NCBI RefSeq assembly: GCF_001194135.2
Contig: NC_068988.1
Coordinates: 31,846,774-31,910,773 of the forward strand
Direction: 5' to 3'
Length of the DNA stretch: 64,000 bases
Origin: Octopus bimaculoides
Lineage: Eukaryota
The translations under genes and the position numbers were made by a program. Below the pieces are notes generated by a model. The model saw nothing but the letters and a program-made list of their open reading frames with translations. It did not search any database and was not told the DNA's origin. Shown piece by piece: positions 53,095-64,000 of the stretch. Position 1 is the first letter of the stretch. The number at the start of each line of letters is the position of its first letter.

Positions 53095-53698
53095 AAATTA
53101 CCGTTATCGGTAAAGCCATTTATAATCATAAATATACAGGGATTAGCATGAGTTGCTTCTCCAACATACTGAGAATTTAGAAATAGCAGTCAAAGAACTA
53201 CTGATTACATACTACAAATTTTTTCTCTAACGGATGGCGATATTTATGGCACACACAGAACAAAAAACAGAAGAGAAAAGCAAAAACAAACCTGCCTTTA
53301 GTTAATTGAGTACGACGTTTCACGGTTAAGAGCATGAAGGTACTCTATTCCGATCTTCAGCCCAATATTCGAATAAATTTGAAAGTGTCTATATAACTCA
53401 CAAGAATTTTGACCATGCGACATCAAAACCACGTGAGGAAGGCACTTACAAAATTTATCGGCTAGTGAGTTCAAACACTTCACCTCAAAGAATCTATTCC
53501 ATGTGCGCCACAAATAGTCCCGTATAAAAAGTCCCGTATAAAGGGTTACAGTTTAACCATCCAATTAGAGGCATCAATATCGCCATCCGTTAGAGAAAAA
53601 AATTGTAGTTTGGAATCAGTAGTTGACTGCTATTTCTAAATTCTCAGTATGTTGGAGAAGCAACTCATGCTAATCCCTGTATTTTTTATGAGATTATA
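53095..53698 (-). mobile_element. Hammerhead-bearing element with inverted terminal duplication (Penelope pLTR-like architecture)
   Basis: 53121-53244 and 53576-53698 are about 123-bp inverted repeats. 53095-53420 is the reverse complement of 61191-61520. No RT or EN coding relic was recognised. Confidence 0.7.
53305..53366 (-). ncRNA. Type-I hammerhead ribozyme motif
   Basis: Minus strand ATTGGG CTGAAGA T CGG aat AGAGTA ccttca TGCTCT taa CCG T GAAA CGTCG TA CTCAAT. Full core, 6-bp helix I, GUA cleavage triplet. Confidence 0.8.
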
Positions 53699-54602
53699 TA
53701 TATATTTATATGTAAGTGTCTGTATCTGTGTCTCTGTGCGTGCATGCGTGTAGCATGAGTAAGAGCTAGCAAAATGGATTAATAGAGAAATCTATTCTGA
53801 AGTTTAACTCTGCAGATAATCTATAGTCAGTGTAGCTATCACATACTTTTGCTAATCTCTATAGAATATTTGTAGATGTTAAGCGCACTATTAACTCAGT
53901 AGAGCACGATATTGACTGATACAAATTGTTTAATAAACTTTATAGTATATTATGGTTGCATAACGAAAGAACGCCTCTCTAACATGGAGATAGAAATATA
54001 CAATTACAAAGGGATTAATGTCCATACTAAAATACTGCGCAACGTTAACTTCATAACAAAGCAGACTAGTGAGTCCGTGCAATTGATGAGGTGGTATCCA
54101 TCGTATCAGTTGACGATGACCCGTGGTTATGGGAGATGCAGTATATAGTTATATTATTTTAGAATATGCAGTGTAAGGATAAACGTCTTCGTGTTTCACA
54201 AACAATTTGACCCGATCAGTTGTGAAGCATTTATTGGAATGAGGTCTAATTTGTCTATGTATATAGCACCAGAAACGTTCTAAACTGGAGTCACTCGATA
54301 TTACTCTTACAACGGCATTGCTTAGGCTTCACCTAACAGATCATTGATCAAAGAACATAAGGCTATTTTATGGCCATATGGTCTATGTTATCTTATGAAT
54401 TATTGCTTAGAGGCCGTTGCTATATGATACAGAATATGTTTAACCAATCTATCAGGCCGTGAGATGAATTCGAATCTCTTCCTCGTTGGTTGAATATGAT
54501 ATAAGCAAAATTGATTATAAATTAATCTTTCCCACATGAAGTAAACAGTAAACGTAGGTGCTGAATGACCGCCTATCTATGTATCGATGTATCTACCTAG
54601 CT

Positions 54603-54640
<38 letters not shown>

Positions 54641-54657
54641 TGCGCACCAATCCAATG

Positions 54658-54690
<33 letters not shown>

Positions 54691-54737
54691 GTTAATTCTC
54701 TAAATGAAGTATTAACAGTAACTGCACGATAAAGTAT

Positions 54738-54898
54738 AGTATATTGCCACTTAAGTGTGGCTGACCCCTAGGGGTGGATGTTACTGTTGCTTTTAGCCCC
54801 AGGAGGACATCTCCTCCAGCTGGCTCATCGACACACGACTGTGTCCTGTTTGCCAAGGGAAGTTATCCCTCTCACCTCGATCAGCAGCACGAACGTAT
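54738..54898 (-). repeat. Second copy of the 574-729 structured repeat, cut by a gap
   Basis: AGTATATTGCCACTTAAGTGTGGCTGACCCCTAGGGGTGGATGTTAC...GTGTCCTGTTTG matches the reverse complement of 616-729. Confidence 0.85.
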
Positions 54899-55872
54899 NN
54901 NNNNNNNNNNNNNNNNNNNNNNNNNNNNNNNNNNNNNNNNNNNNNNNNNNNNNNNNNNNNNNNNNNNNNNNNNNNNNNNNNNNNNNNNNNNNNNNNNNNN
55001 NNNNNNNNNNNNNNNNNNNNNNNNNNNNNNNNNNNNNNNNNNNNNNNNNNNNNNNNNNNNNNNNNNNNNNNNNNNNNNNNNNNNNNNNNNNNNNNNNNNN
55101 NNNNNNNNNNNNNNNNNNNNNNNNNNNNNNNNNNNNNNNNNNNNNNNNNNNNNNNNNNNNNNNNNNNNNNNNNNNNNNNNNNNNNNNNNNNNNNNNNNNN
55201 NNNNNNNNNNNNNNNNNNNNNNNNNNNNNNNNNNNNNNNNNNNNNNNNNNNNNNNNNNNNNNNNNNNNNNNNNNNNNNNNNNNNNNNNNNNNNNNNNNNN
55301 NNNNNNNNNNNNNNNNNNNNNNNNNNNNNNNNNNNNNNNNNNNNNNNNNNNNNNNNNNNNNNNNNNNNNNNNNNNNNNNNNNNNNNNNNNNNNNNNNNNN
55401 NNNNNNNNNNNNNNNNNNNNNNNNNNNNNNNNNNNNNNNNNNNNNNNNNNNNNNNNNNNNNNNNNNNNNNNNNNNNNNNNNNNNNNNNNNNNNNNNNNNN
55501 NNNNNNNNNNNNNNNNNNNNNNNNNNNNNNNNNNNNNNNNNNNNNNNNNNNNNNNNNNNNNNNNNNNNNNNNNNNNNNNNNNNNNNNNNNNNNNNNNNNN
55601 NNNNNNNNNNNNNNNNNNNNNNNNNNNNNNNNNNNNNNNNNNNNNNNNNNNNNNNNNNNNNNNNNNNNNNNNNNNNNNNNNNNNNNNNNNNNNNNNNNNN
55701 NNNNNNNNNNNNNNNNNNNNNNNNNNNNNNNNNNNNNNNNNNNNNNNNNNNNNNNNNNNNNNNNNNNNNNNNNNNNNNNNNNNNNNNNNNNNNNNNNNNN
55801 NNNNNNNNNNNNNNNNNNNNNNNNNNNNNNNNNNNNNNNNNNNNNNNNNNNNNNNNNNNNNNNNNNNNNNNN

Positions 55873-55909
<37 letters not shown>

Positions 55910-56324
55910 TATGTATGTATATATATCTGCATATCTATCTATCTATCTATCTATCTATCGACATGTTGTGGCATAGGCTCCGCAGGTAATCGCTTTTTTC
56001 GACCTTTTATTGCACACATTTTCATTTAATTTTCGTACACAAGGTGTGTGATGCACCCAACTTCCGTTTGAGTGTGATTTCAAGGGAGGAAGTGGCCCCT
56101 AGGGGCAGTTTGAATCCATTTAAATTTCTATTCTTCTTATCGACTTTGAAAAATGTCGAGAAGTTTCATAGTGGAACGCTGCTATAATTCGTTCATGGAC
56201 CAGTATTTTGCTAGACTTGAAACGCTAGGAGAAAAAAAGAGAATACCTCCTGCACTCACACACACTCGGATACAATTACAGACATGAAGACATAAATAAA
56301 TCAAATTCAAATCAGTGAGACTCG

Positions 56325-59300
56325 GTGAACGCTGTCCAATTCATTGATACTGCAAACACCATCGTTAAAAGCCCTGTCAACACCACCACCGCCAAGACTA
56401 CCAAGACTACCACCACCACCACCACTACCACCAAAACCACCACCACCACCAACACCACCACCAACAACAACAACAGCAACAACAATAACAACAACAGAAG
56501 CAGCAGCAGCAACAACAACAACAACACCAACATCAACAGCAACTCATACATCAACTCAAAAACAAACTTAACAGAAGATGACAAAAATAAGCAACCACTC
56601 AGGCACAAAAGCACCAGAACACATGAAAATTTTGCATGTTACACCGACTTTGTACCACACACTAAAATCCCTCTACCCCAATGTGGTAAAGGGATGGCAA
56701 AAATACTCATCTAAAAGTCTATACAGCAACCTCATTGATAAAAGATTAAAGGAGGAGACACACATTTTGAACAGTAAGTAACTCTCTGTTCCTTTCATTT
56801 GTGTTGTAAATCACACGACTCATTAGGTTCATGATCAAGATTGGTTCTGTGAATGCGCGTGGCTTAGGGTCCCCTTGGAAACATGGGTACCTCTTAAATG
56901 ACATAAATTCACACGAGTTAGGAATTATGGCGATAAGTAAGACCAAACTCCATAATCCACGGAACCTAAAGTCATGTTTGGCGGACAGTTTAACATCTAT
57001 TTTTCTCCCTGTTTGCTGACAACGGGCGGTAGTGACACGGCGGTACTTTTTCGCAAGAGTCTGGATCTCGAATTAAAGAGAATATTCGCAGACCCGGAGG
57101 GTAGACTGGTTGTCCTGGATGTCTACGGCCACAATGGGTGTGGTCTCCACTCAAATCAGTCTATGCATCGCCTTTAACAGGTCGGCCGGATTTCTTTCGT
57201 GGTCTAGAAGTATTCCTTAGTTTTAGTGGGGGATTGGAATGCCCCCTTGGACACACATCGATACTACGTGGGCAGAGATAGGAATAGACTGGGATGCAGG
57301 TGCCTCAGTGACCTGCTCAGACGCTTTCAACTGTCTAACAGGTACGACTGGACCGCCAGAATACGCCAATTGGGACGTGGAACAACCGCATTGGGTCGTC
57401 GAGATCGTATCTATATAGAATACTGTGTAGGACAATAAAGAGAAATAGCTTAGAATGTCCACAATTCCACATAGTCAGCTACATGGATCACACACCTGTG
57501 ACGTGTACGCTAGACTTAGATAAGGCACCTAAGCAGGGTCCCGGTTACTGGAAACTAAACGCGTCTTTCCTGTCGAGAAGGTTTTCAGAGACCGGGTTAG
57601 CACGCTAGTAAAGAGGCATTTGACAGCCACCATCATCAACAACAAATGGTGGTTTGCCCTCAAGATAACAATAAAAGCAGAAGCGATTAGGTATAGCAAA
57701 ACACTAGCGATAGATGGAAACAGAGTTGAGGGTGACGTAATTGGAAGCTAGAAGAGGCGATTAGAAGTGGCATCACATTCGACGTATTGGCACAAGCTTG
57801 GCCTTCGACCAACACTTCAACGTCAAGCACGAAGGGTGTGTTGTAAGGGCTAGGACGCGTGCTCTAAGGAACGAAGGTGTTGGAGCTGCGTGCGAGTCCC
57901 GGACGGCTGAGACGCAACAGGGCAACACAGCCACCATCCGATTTCTGGTGGATGAACAGGGGTACGAATTACTCGGGCCCAGTAAAATGTGTGAGGATTT
58001 TCAGCAGTATTTTGCCCAACTGTTCGGGATGAGTGGCGAGCGAGAATGCAGGGTGGACTTCAGTTCCGACTTGCACAGCCTGTCACAGCTCTTGGCAAGA
58101 GAAGCACAGTGTTGCGAAGCTGCCATCACGGCGACAGAAATACGGTACGCGATGGCAGAATTCTCGAGGGACTAATCACCGGGTTTGGATGGTCTGCCCC
58201 ACGAGCTTTAGAGTTGTATTCCAGACTTGTTTGCAGACATCTTGGTAGCAGCGTACTGCAACTGCCAGCGAAACGGAGGCATCCCCGATTTTGTGCGCCG
58301 AGGATCCATAACGGTGCTCAGGAAATCTTCAGACAAGGGGGAAGTACTAGATAACTTTAAGCCTATCACTCTACCCAATGCAGATTTGAAACTTCAGGCC
58401 AATATTTTAGCCAAGAGGTTGGCGCTTTTCATCGAGAAACTGGTCGACAAGGCGCAAACTTGCACCGGGCCGGGTCGGAGCATCCATGACAACCTCCATC
58501 TGGTGCGCTACATCAAAGACAAGGTAGTTAAGGAATCTGTTTTGGGTGGGGCCCTCATCAATTTGGACCAATCCAAAGCTTTCGATAGGGTAGACCATCG
58601 ATATTTGGAGGCTGGCCTCATAGCGGATGGTTTCGGTTCCATCTTCCGTGGCTGGATTGCTGCCTTATACAGAGGTATCCGTTCAGTGATTCATCGAAAT
58701 CTTTCGACATTGCACGTTCAGTCCGTCAGGGGTGCCCCCTCTCGTAGCTTCTGTAGGTATTCATTCCCGAGACACTACTGCGGGAGCTGGCGACGCTGAG
58801 GGGCATTCCCCGAGAATTGAGATGCGGAACGAGCGTGTCGGCATACGCGGACAGGGTCACCGTCATAGTATCTAGCCGCGACCACATGGAGCTGGTCGGC
58901 GAGACACTGAAAGGCTACGAAGTGGTAACAGGAGCGAAAATCAACCGGAAAAAGTCAGTGGGCTTGCAGCTCAGCACCTGGAGAAGCAAACCCATGTCAT
59001 CCAGCAGCGCATCTGTAGTGGGATGCTGGATCGACGGTCCGGTCAAGTTGCTAGGTTTCTGTTTTGGTCCGGACCTCTACACAAAGGTGAACGCGTACAT
59101 CGCTTCTGTCATCTACTACCGCCTGACCGTCGTTCCTTGTCCCAACCCTACCATCACCAAAATGGAACGCATCCTCTTCCGATTTTTGTTGAAATGAAGC
59201 GTTCCGATGGTCAAGCTGCCAACACCTGCTAAATGGAGGTTTGAGCATGCCGTGGTTAACGACGCGCAGACATGCGCTGAGACTGCAACATCTCCGGCTC

Positions 59301-59424
59301 TACGTAGATGACGGTGAACAGGTGTGGTCGCCGTTTGTGCGGCGCGCTTTCCCGCAGCTTGTCTCTATCACCGAACCCGTCCCCATCACCGAACGAACAA
59401 GAAGGGACCGAGGACCGGCTAATA
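56325..59424 (+). mobile_element. Tx1/L1-clade non-LTR retrotransposon (possible ORF1 remnant plus APE-RT ORF2), 3' end lost in a gap
   Basis: Thr/Asn-rich ORF at 56325-56714 precedes ORF2 relics (see the 56831-59424 feature). GC-richer than the flanks. Confidence 0.88.
56831..59424 (+). pseudogene. Disrupted APE-RT polyprotein of a Tx1/L1 element
   Basis: MIKIGSVNARGL, GDWNAPLD, DHTPV, GYWKLNASFL, SPGLDGLPHE, DNFKPITLPNADLKLQANILAKRL, GRSIHDNLHLVR, INLDQSKAFDRVDHRYL and SAYADRVTV. Many frameshifts and stops. Confidence 0.92.
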
Positions 59425-60385
59425 NNNNNNNNNNNNNNNNNNNNNNNNNNNNNNNNNNNNNNNNNNNNNNNNNNNNNNNNNNNNNNNNNNNNNNNNNNNN
59501 NNNNNNNNNNNNNNNNNNNNNNNNNNNNNNNNNNNNNNNNNNNNNNNNNNNNNNNNNNNNNNNNNNNNNNNNNNNNNNNNNNNNNNNNNNNNNNNNNNNN
59601 NNNNNNNNNNNNNNNNNNNNNNNNNNNNNNNNNNNNNNNNNNNNNNNNNNNNNNNNNNNNNNNNNNNNNNNNNNNNNNNNNNNNNNNNNNNNNNNNNNNN
59701 NNNNNNNNNNNNNNNNNNNNNNNNNNNNNNNNNNNNNNNNNNNNNNNNNNNNNNNNNNNNNNNNNNNNNNNNNNNNNNNNNNNNNNNNNNNNNNNNNNNN
59801 NNNNNNNNNNNNNNNNNNNNNNNNNNNNNNNNNNNNNNNNNNNNNNNNNNNNNNNNNNNNNNNNNNNNNNNNNNNNNNNNNNNNNNNNNNNNNNNNNNNN
59901 NNNNNNNNNNNNNNNNNNNNNNNNNNNNNNNNNNNNNNNNNNNNNNNNNNNNNNNNNNNNNNNNNNNNNNNNNNNNNNNNNNNNNNNNNNNNNNNNNNNN
60001 NNNNNNNNNNNNNNNNNNNNNNNNNNNNNNNNNNNNNNNNNNNNNNNNNNNNNNNNNNNNNNNNNNNNNNNNNNNNNNNNNNNNNNNNNNNNNNNNNNNN
60101 NNNNNNNNNNNNNNNNNNNNNNNNNNNNNNNNNNNNNNNNNNNNNNNNNNNNNNNNNNNNNNNNNNNNNNNNNNNNNNNNNNNNNNNNNNNNNNNNNNNN
60201 NNNNNNNNNNNNNNNNNNNNNNNNNNNNNNNNNNNNNNNNNNNNNNNNNNNNNNNNNNNNNNNNNNNNNNNNNNNNNNNNNNNNNNNNNNNNNNNNNNNN
60301 NNNNNNNNNNNNNNNNNNNNNNNNNNNNNNNNNNNNNNNNNNNTATATATATATATACATATATATATACACATATATACACACG

Positions 60386-60446
<61 letters not shown>

Positions 60447-60652
60447 ATGTATATATATATGTGTGTGTGTGTGTGTATGTATATATGTATATATATGCGT
60501 GTATCTATTCGTTAAGTTCGTTTACGGGAAACGTTTTGAATATGCCTATAAAAGCTCCCATTCCATTATGCCGGCTACAGCCTATTGATGCCAACTAGTG
60601 ATACCAGTTTTTGGGGTCTCACCTAGGTGTAATGATATAATGCAGGATAAAT

Positions 60653-60656
<4 letters not shown>

Positions 60657-60717
<61 letters not shown>

Positions 60718-60730
60718 ATTAATAATAATA
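60657..60730. repeat. (TAA)n microsatellite
   Basis: Direct reading. Confidence 0.95.
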
Positions 60731-60886
60731 ATCCGTGGATGGATTTAGAAATATCGTTATGCATCGCTACGCGTTTTTCCAGACATCACATTTTTCTTAA
60801 GATCTTATGAAACACGTAATAATGCATTAAAATACATATAAATTCCATCCAAGTATTATTACCATTATTATTACCGTATGTGTGCT

Positions 60887-60931
<45 letters not shown>

Positions 60932-61150
60932 NNNNNNNNNNNNNNNNNNNNNNNNNNNNNNNNNNNNNNNNNNNNNNNNNNNNNNNNNNNNNNNNNNNNN
61001 NNNNNNNNNNNNNNNNNNNNNNNNNNNNNNNNNNNNNNNNNNNNNNNNNNNNNNNNNNNNNNNNNNNNNNNNNNNNNNNNNNNNNNNNNNNNNNNNNNNN
61101 NNNNNNNNNNNNNNNNNNNNNNNNNNNNNNNNNNNNNNNNNNNNNNNNNN

Positions 61151-61190
<40 letters not shown>

Positions 61191-61194
<4 letters not shown>

Positions 61195-61520
61195 TTTTGA
61201 TGTCGCACGGTCAAATACCCATGAGTATATAGACATTTTCAGATTTATCGTACATCATGCTGATGATTGGCAAAAGATAGCTTTATATTCTTAACCATGA
61301 AACGTCGTACATGATTAACTAAAGGCAGGTTTGTTTTTTTGTTTTCTCTTCTGTTTTTGTTCTATGTGTGCCATAAATATCGCCATCCGTTAGAGAACAA
61401 ATTTGTAGTTTAGAATCAGTAGTTCTTTGACTGCTATTTCTAAATTTTCAGTATGTTGGTGAAGCAACTCATGCTGAGCCCTATATATTTATGATTATAA
61501 ATGGTTTTACCGATAAAGGT
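61191..61520 (+). mobile_element. Second copy of the hammerhead-bearing element (family of 53095-53698)
   Basis: TTTTGATGTCGCACGGTCAAA...GAAACGTCGTAC...AAAGGCAGGTTTG...AATATCGCCATCCGTTAGAG...TTTACCGATAA aligns to the reverse complement of 53095-53420. Confidence 0.85.
61254..61315 (+). ncRNA. Type-I hammerhead ribozyme motif
   Basis: ATCATG CTGATGA T TGG caa AAGATA gcttta TATTCT taa CCA T GAAA CGTCG TA CATGAT. Canonical CUGAUGA and GAAA, perfect 6-bp helix I, GUA triplet. Confidence 0.82.
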
Positions 61521-61681
61521 TTTTTTCATACTGAACTACTTGTCAAAATTTTTAATTATTAATTTTATTACTAATTGGCAATTCCGTGCCCTATATCTAT
61601 ATATATATATATATACACAAATATATATATATGCGCATATATGCAAAAATTATATATACATATATATATACACATGCACAT

Positions 61682-61764
<83 letters not shown>

Positions 61765-61778
61765 TACANNNNNNNNNN

Positions 61779-61827
<49 letters not shown>

Positions 61828-63776
61828 ATATGTATACATGTACATACATGCATGCATACACTCACACTTATTTATATCGGTTAGCTTATACCTAAAGTAC
61901 GTACACATTCAACTGTAGAAAGAGTGAAAAAGAGGTGAGAGAGCGAGAGAGAGCGAGAGAGAGCGAGAGAGTCTGAGAGAGTCAGAGAATTTGTGTTCGC
62001 GCGCGCGTATTTGTTTGTGTGTCTGTCAGTCTGTGCATGCCAATATAGTTTTGTTCTTACTTCATCACTGTAACTCTATCTAATTTTGCTGCCCCTTTGA
62101 GAAATAGAACGAGGATAATTCATGTCAATCTATTTATGTATTTCTATCTCTTCACTTGTTCAATTTTCCCCTTCTTACTCTCACCATTCCCCCGCCCCGT
62201 CTTTCTTAATATCCTTCTCCATGAATAATACATCTCATCTGAATGCAATTTTGGCTTTTGATCTTTTTCGAGATATTTCAAAGATTACTTTTACGATTTC
62301 AGTACGATATTCTATCAAGGTATTCGTAGAAAATTAGTTACGTATATGCATATCTGCTTATTGCAACTTACGTGCGATGCTTTGATGATCAAATCTATAT
62401 TCATTTATATTTCCCAGCTCATGTTACAACATATTCAAATTTATCGGGATTTTACGCGGATAATAACTATCGCTCTTGTATGAGTTACTTTAAAATTTTT
62501 TTTATAATACTAATTAAATCTAATACTGCAATAATAATGAAAAAACCTACAGTTATACTACATATTCTGTTCTCCCAGTCTCTACGTATCGATTTTTTCC
62601 AGCTGTGTATCATAGTATGCACATATATGCAAAAATGATTTATATACATATAGATACACACATACATAATATATGTAAGTGTAAGATAAAAGGATCCAGG
62701 TGTAGGATGTTAGTAAGCTTCGAGTTGTCCGTAGATGGTATAAAAACTACTTTGAAGAACAGGAGTAGTTTACTGGCGTAGAAGGTTGTAAATGTTTCCC
62801 CATGTCGAATTTCGAGAAGCTGGAAAAATTAATTTTATAGTCCCCGGTCAGCAAGTATGTGAATAAAAATCCAAATTCAAGGAATGGAGCTTGTAAATTC
62901 CAGGCCACATATGTTTCGTAGTTAACAGAACCTCGGAAGTCCTCGATGAGGGTTATTCTACATTAGGCTGAAGAGTCCTTAGTTAAATGAAGTTTACATT
63001 GTCGTCAAGGGATTTCAAGTTAACTTGCTGGAGATTTGATCGAAAATGAGTGGAAACACGGAGTGAGAGAACAAAAGAGAAATGCATTTGTGTAAAGAAA
63101 TAAAATATTGGAATGGGCAAATGTCTAAAGATTTTAAGAAAAAGAATAAGAATGAAGAATAAGAGAGGGGTAAAAAGGGGAGTGTGAAACTTTGGTTAGA
63201 CTGAAGCTGATTAGGGTAATGTCTTTGTGAATATAACGCTGAGGTCATTTACTAAGTTTAAAATAAATAAATAAATATATTGTCACTCCCTTTATATACA
63301 TTAAAACAGCATGAAAGAAAATAAAAGGGAAGCATTTTAAACGTAAAATTGTTAAGAGAAGAGGAAGAGAGAACTTAGGAGTGGTAGTAAGGTGAATTTC
63401 TTAGGAGAAGAGGAGGAAAGTGAGGGAGGTGGCAGATAATGTTTGTGGTCAAGAGGAGGAGAAATATTAAGGTTTTATAAAACTTTCCGCATGGTCAGAA
63501 GCTTTCAGTTTTCTCTTCTTTTACTTTCTTCGATATTACAATGCTCTTTTATGAATATCTATTACATTTATGTATGTATATGTTAATTATGTTTTCATAT
63601 CTGTTTATCACACTTTCTATCTATCTACCTATCTACTTATCTATATATCTGTCTGCCTGAGAGTATACATATACATTTATCCATGTATCTATCAATCTCT
63701 CGTTCTTCTATCTCTCTTTCCTTTACCTATACATATATCGCGTGTACATACATACATCAATACATACACGCATTCA

Positions 63777-63808
<32 letters not shown>

Positions 63809-63899
63809 TATTGATTGCTTATTTCGGGTCCGAGGAACGATTGTGACCAGTGGTGTTTAACAACATCAAATACTCTTGTCGTTACCGTGTTACACTGAC

Positions 63900-63933
63900 T
63901 CACACATACACACACAAAACACACACACACACA

Positions 63934-64000
<67 letters not shown>
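63900..64000. repeat. (CA)n microsatellite
   Basis: Direct reading. Confidence 0.95.

Noticed and set aside
54850-54895. Possible hammerhead on the minus strand (CTGATCGA...AGGGA/TCCCT...GGCAAA)
   Set aside because: Both core boxes deviate and no helix I or U-H triplet can be placed consistently.
696-61908. Most long ORFs in the supplied track ([12 protein letters not shown], poly-I/L, X-runs)
   Set aside because: Artefacts of (TA)n, (CA)n and (TAA)n microsatellites and of N gaps, which contain no stop codons.

Overview
AT-rich, gap-riddled eukaryotic DNA. About 20 N-runs, most flanked by (TA)n or (CA)n, with dense di-, tri- and tetranucleotide microsatellites. The SINE and microsatellite style points to a cephalopod, probably Octopus (inference). 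No intact protein-coding gene, rRNA, tRNA or CRISPR array is supportable; nearly all long ORFs in the track are microsatellite or N artefacts. The recognisable content is decayed mobile DNA: a piggyBac transposase relic (6.3-8.6 kb), Tc1/mariner relics, two tandem R4/Dong-like (RT-CCHC-RLE) retrotransposon copies plus a third RT fragment, a Penelope-like fragment, an RTE 3' end, a Tx1/L1-clade APE-RT element (56-59 kb), about 12 tRNA-derived SINE pieces and a 296-bp near-perfect palindromic MITE. Best second-look signals: (1) several distinct short repeats carrying type-I hammerhead ribozyme motifs with self-complementary helix III, one pair showing compensatory base changes (53.3 kb and 61.3 kb); (2) apparent microsatellite association of the RLE element with (TACA)n and of a probable L1/Tx1 family with (TATC)n. 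All structures were read by eye and none was computed.
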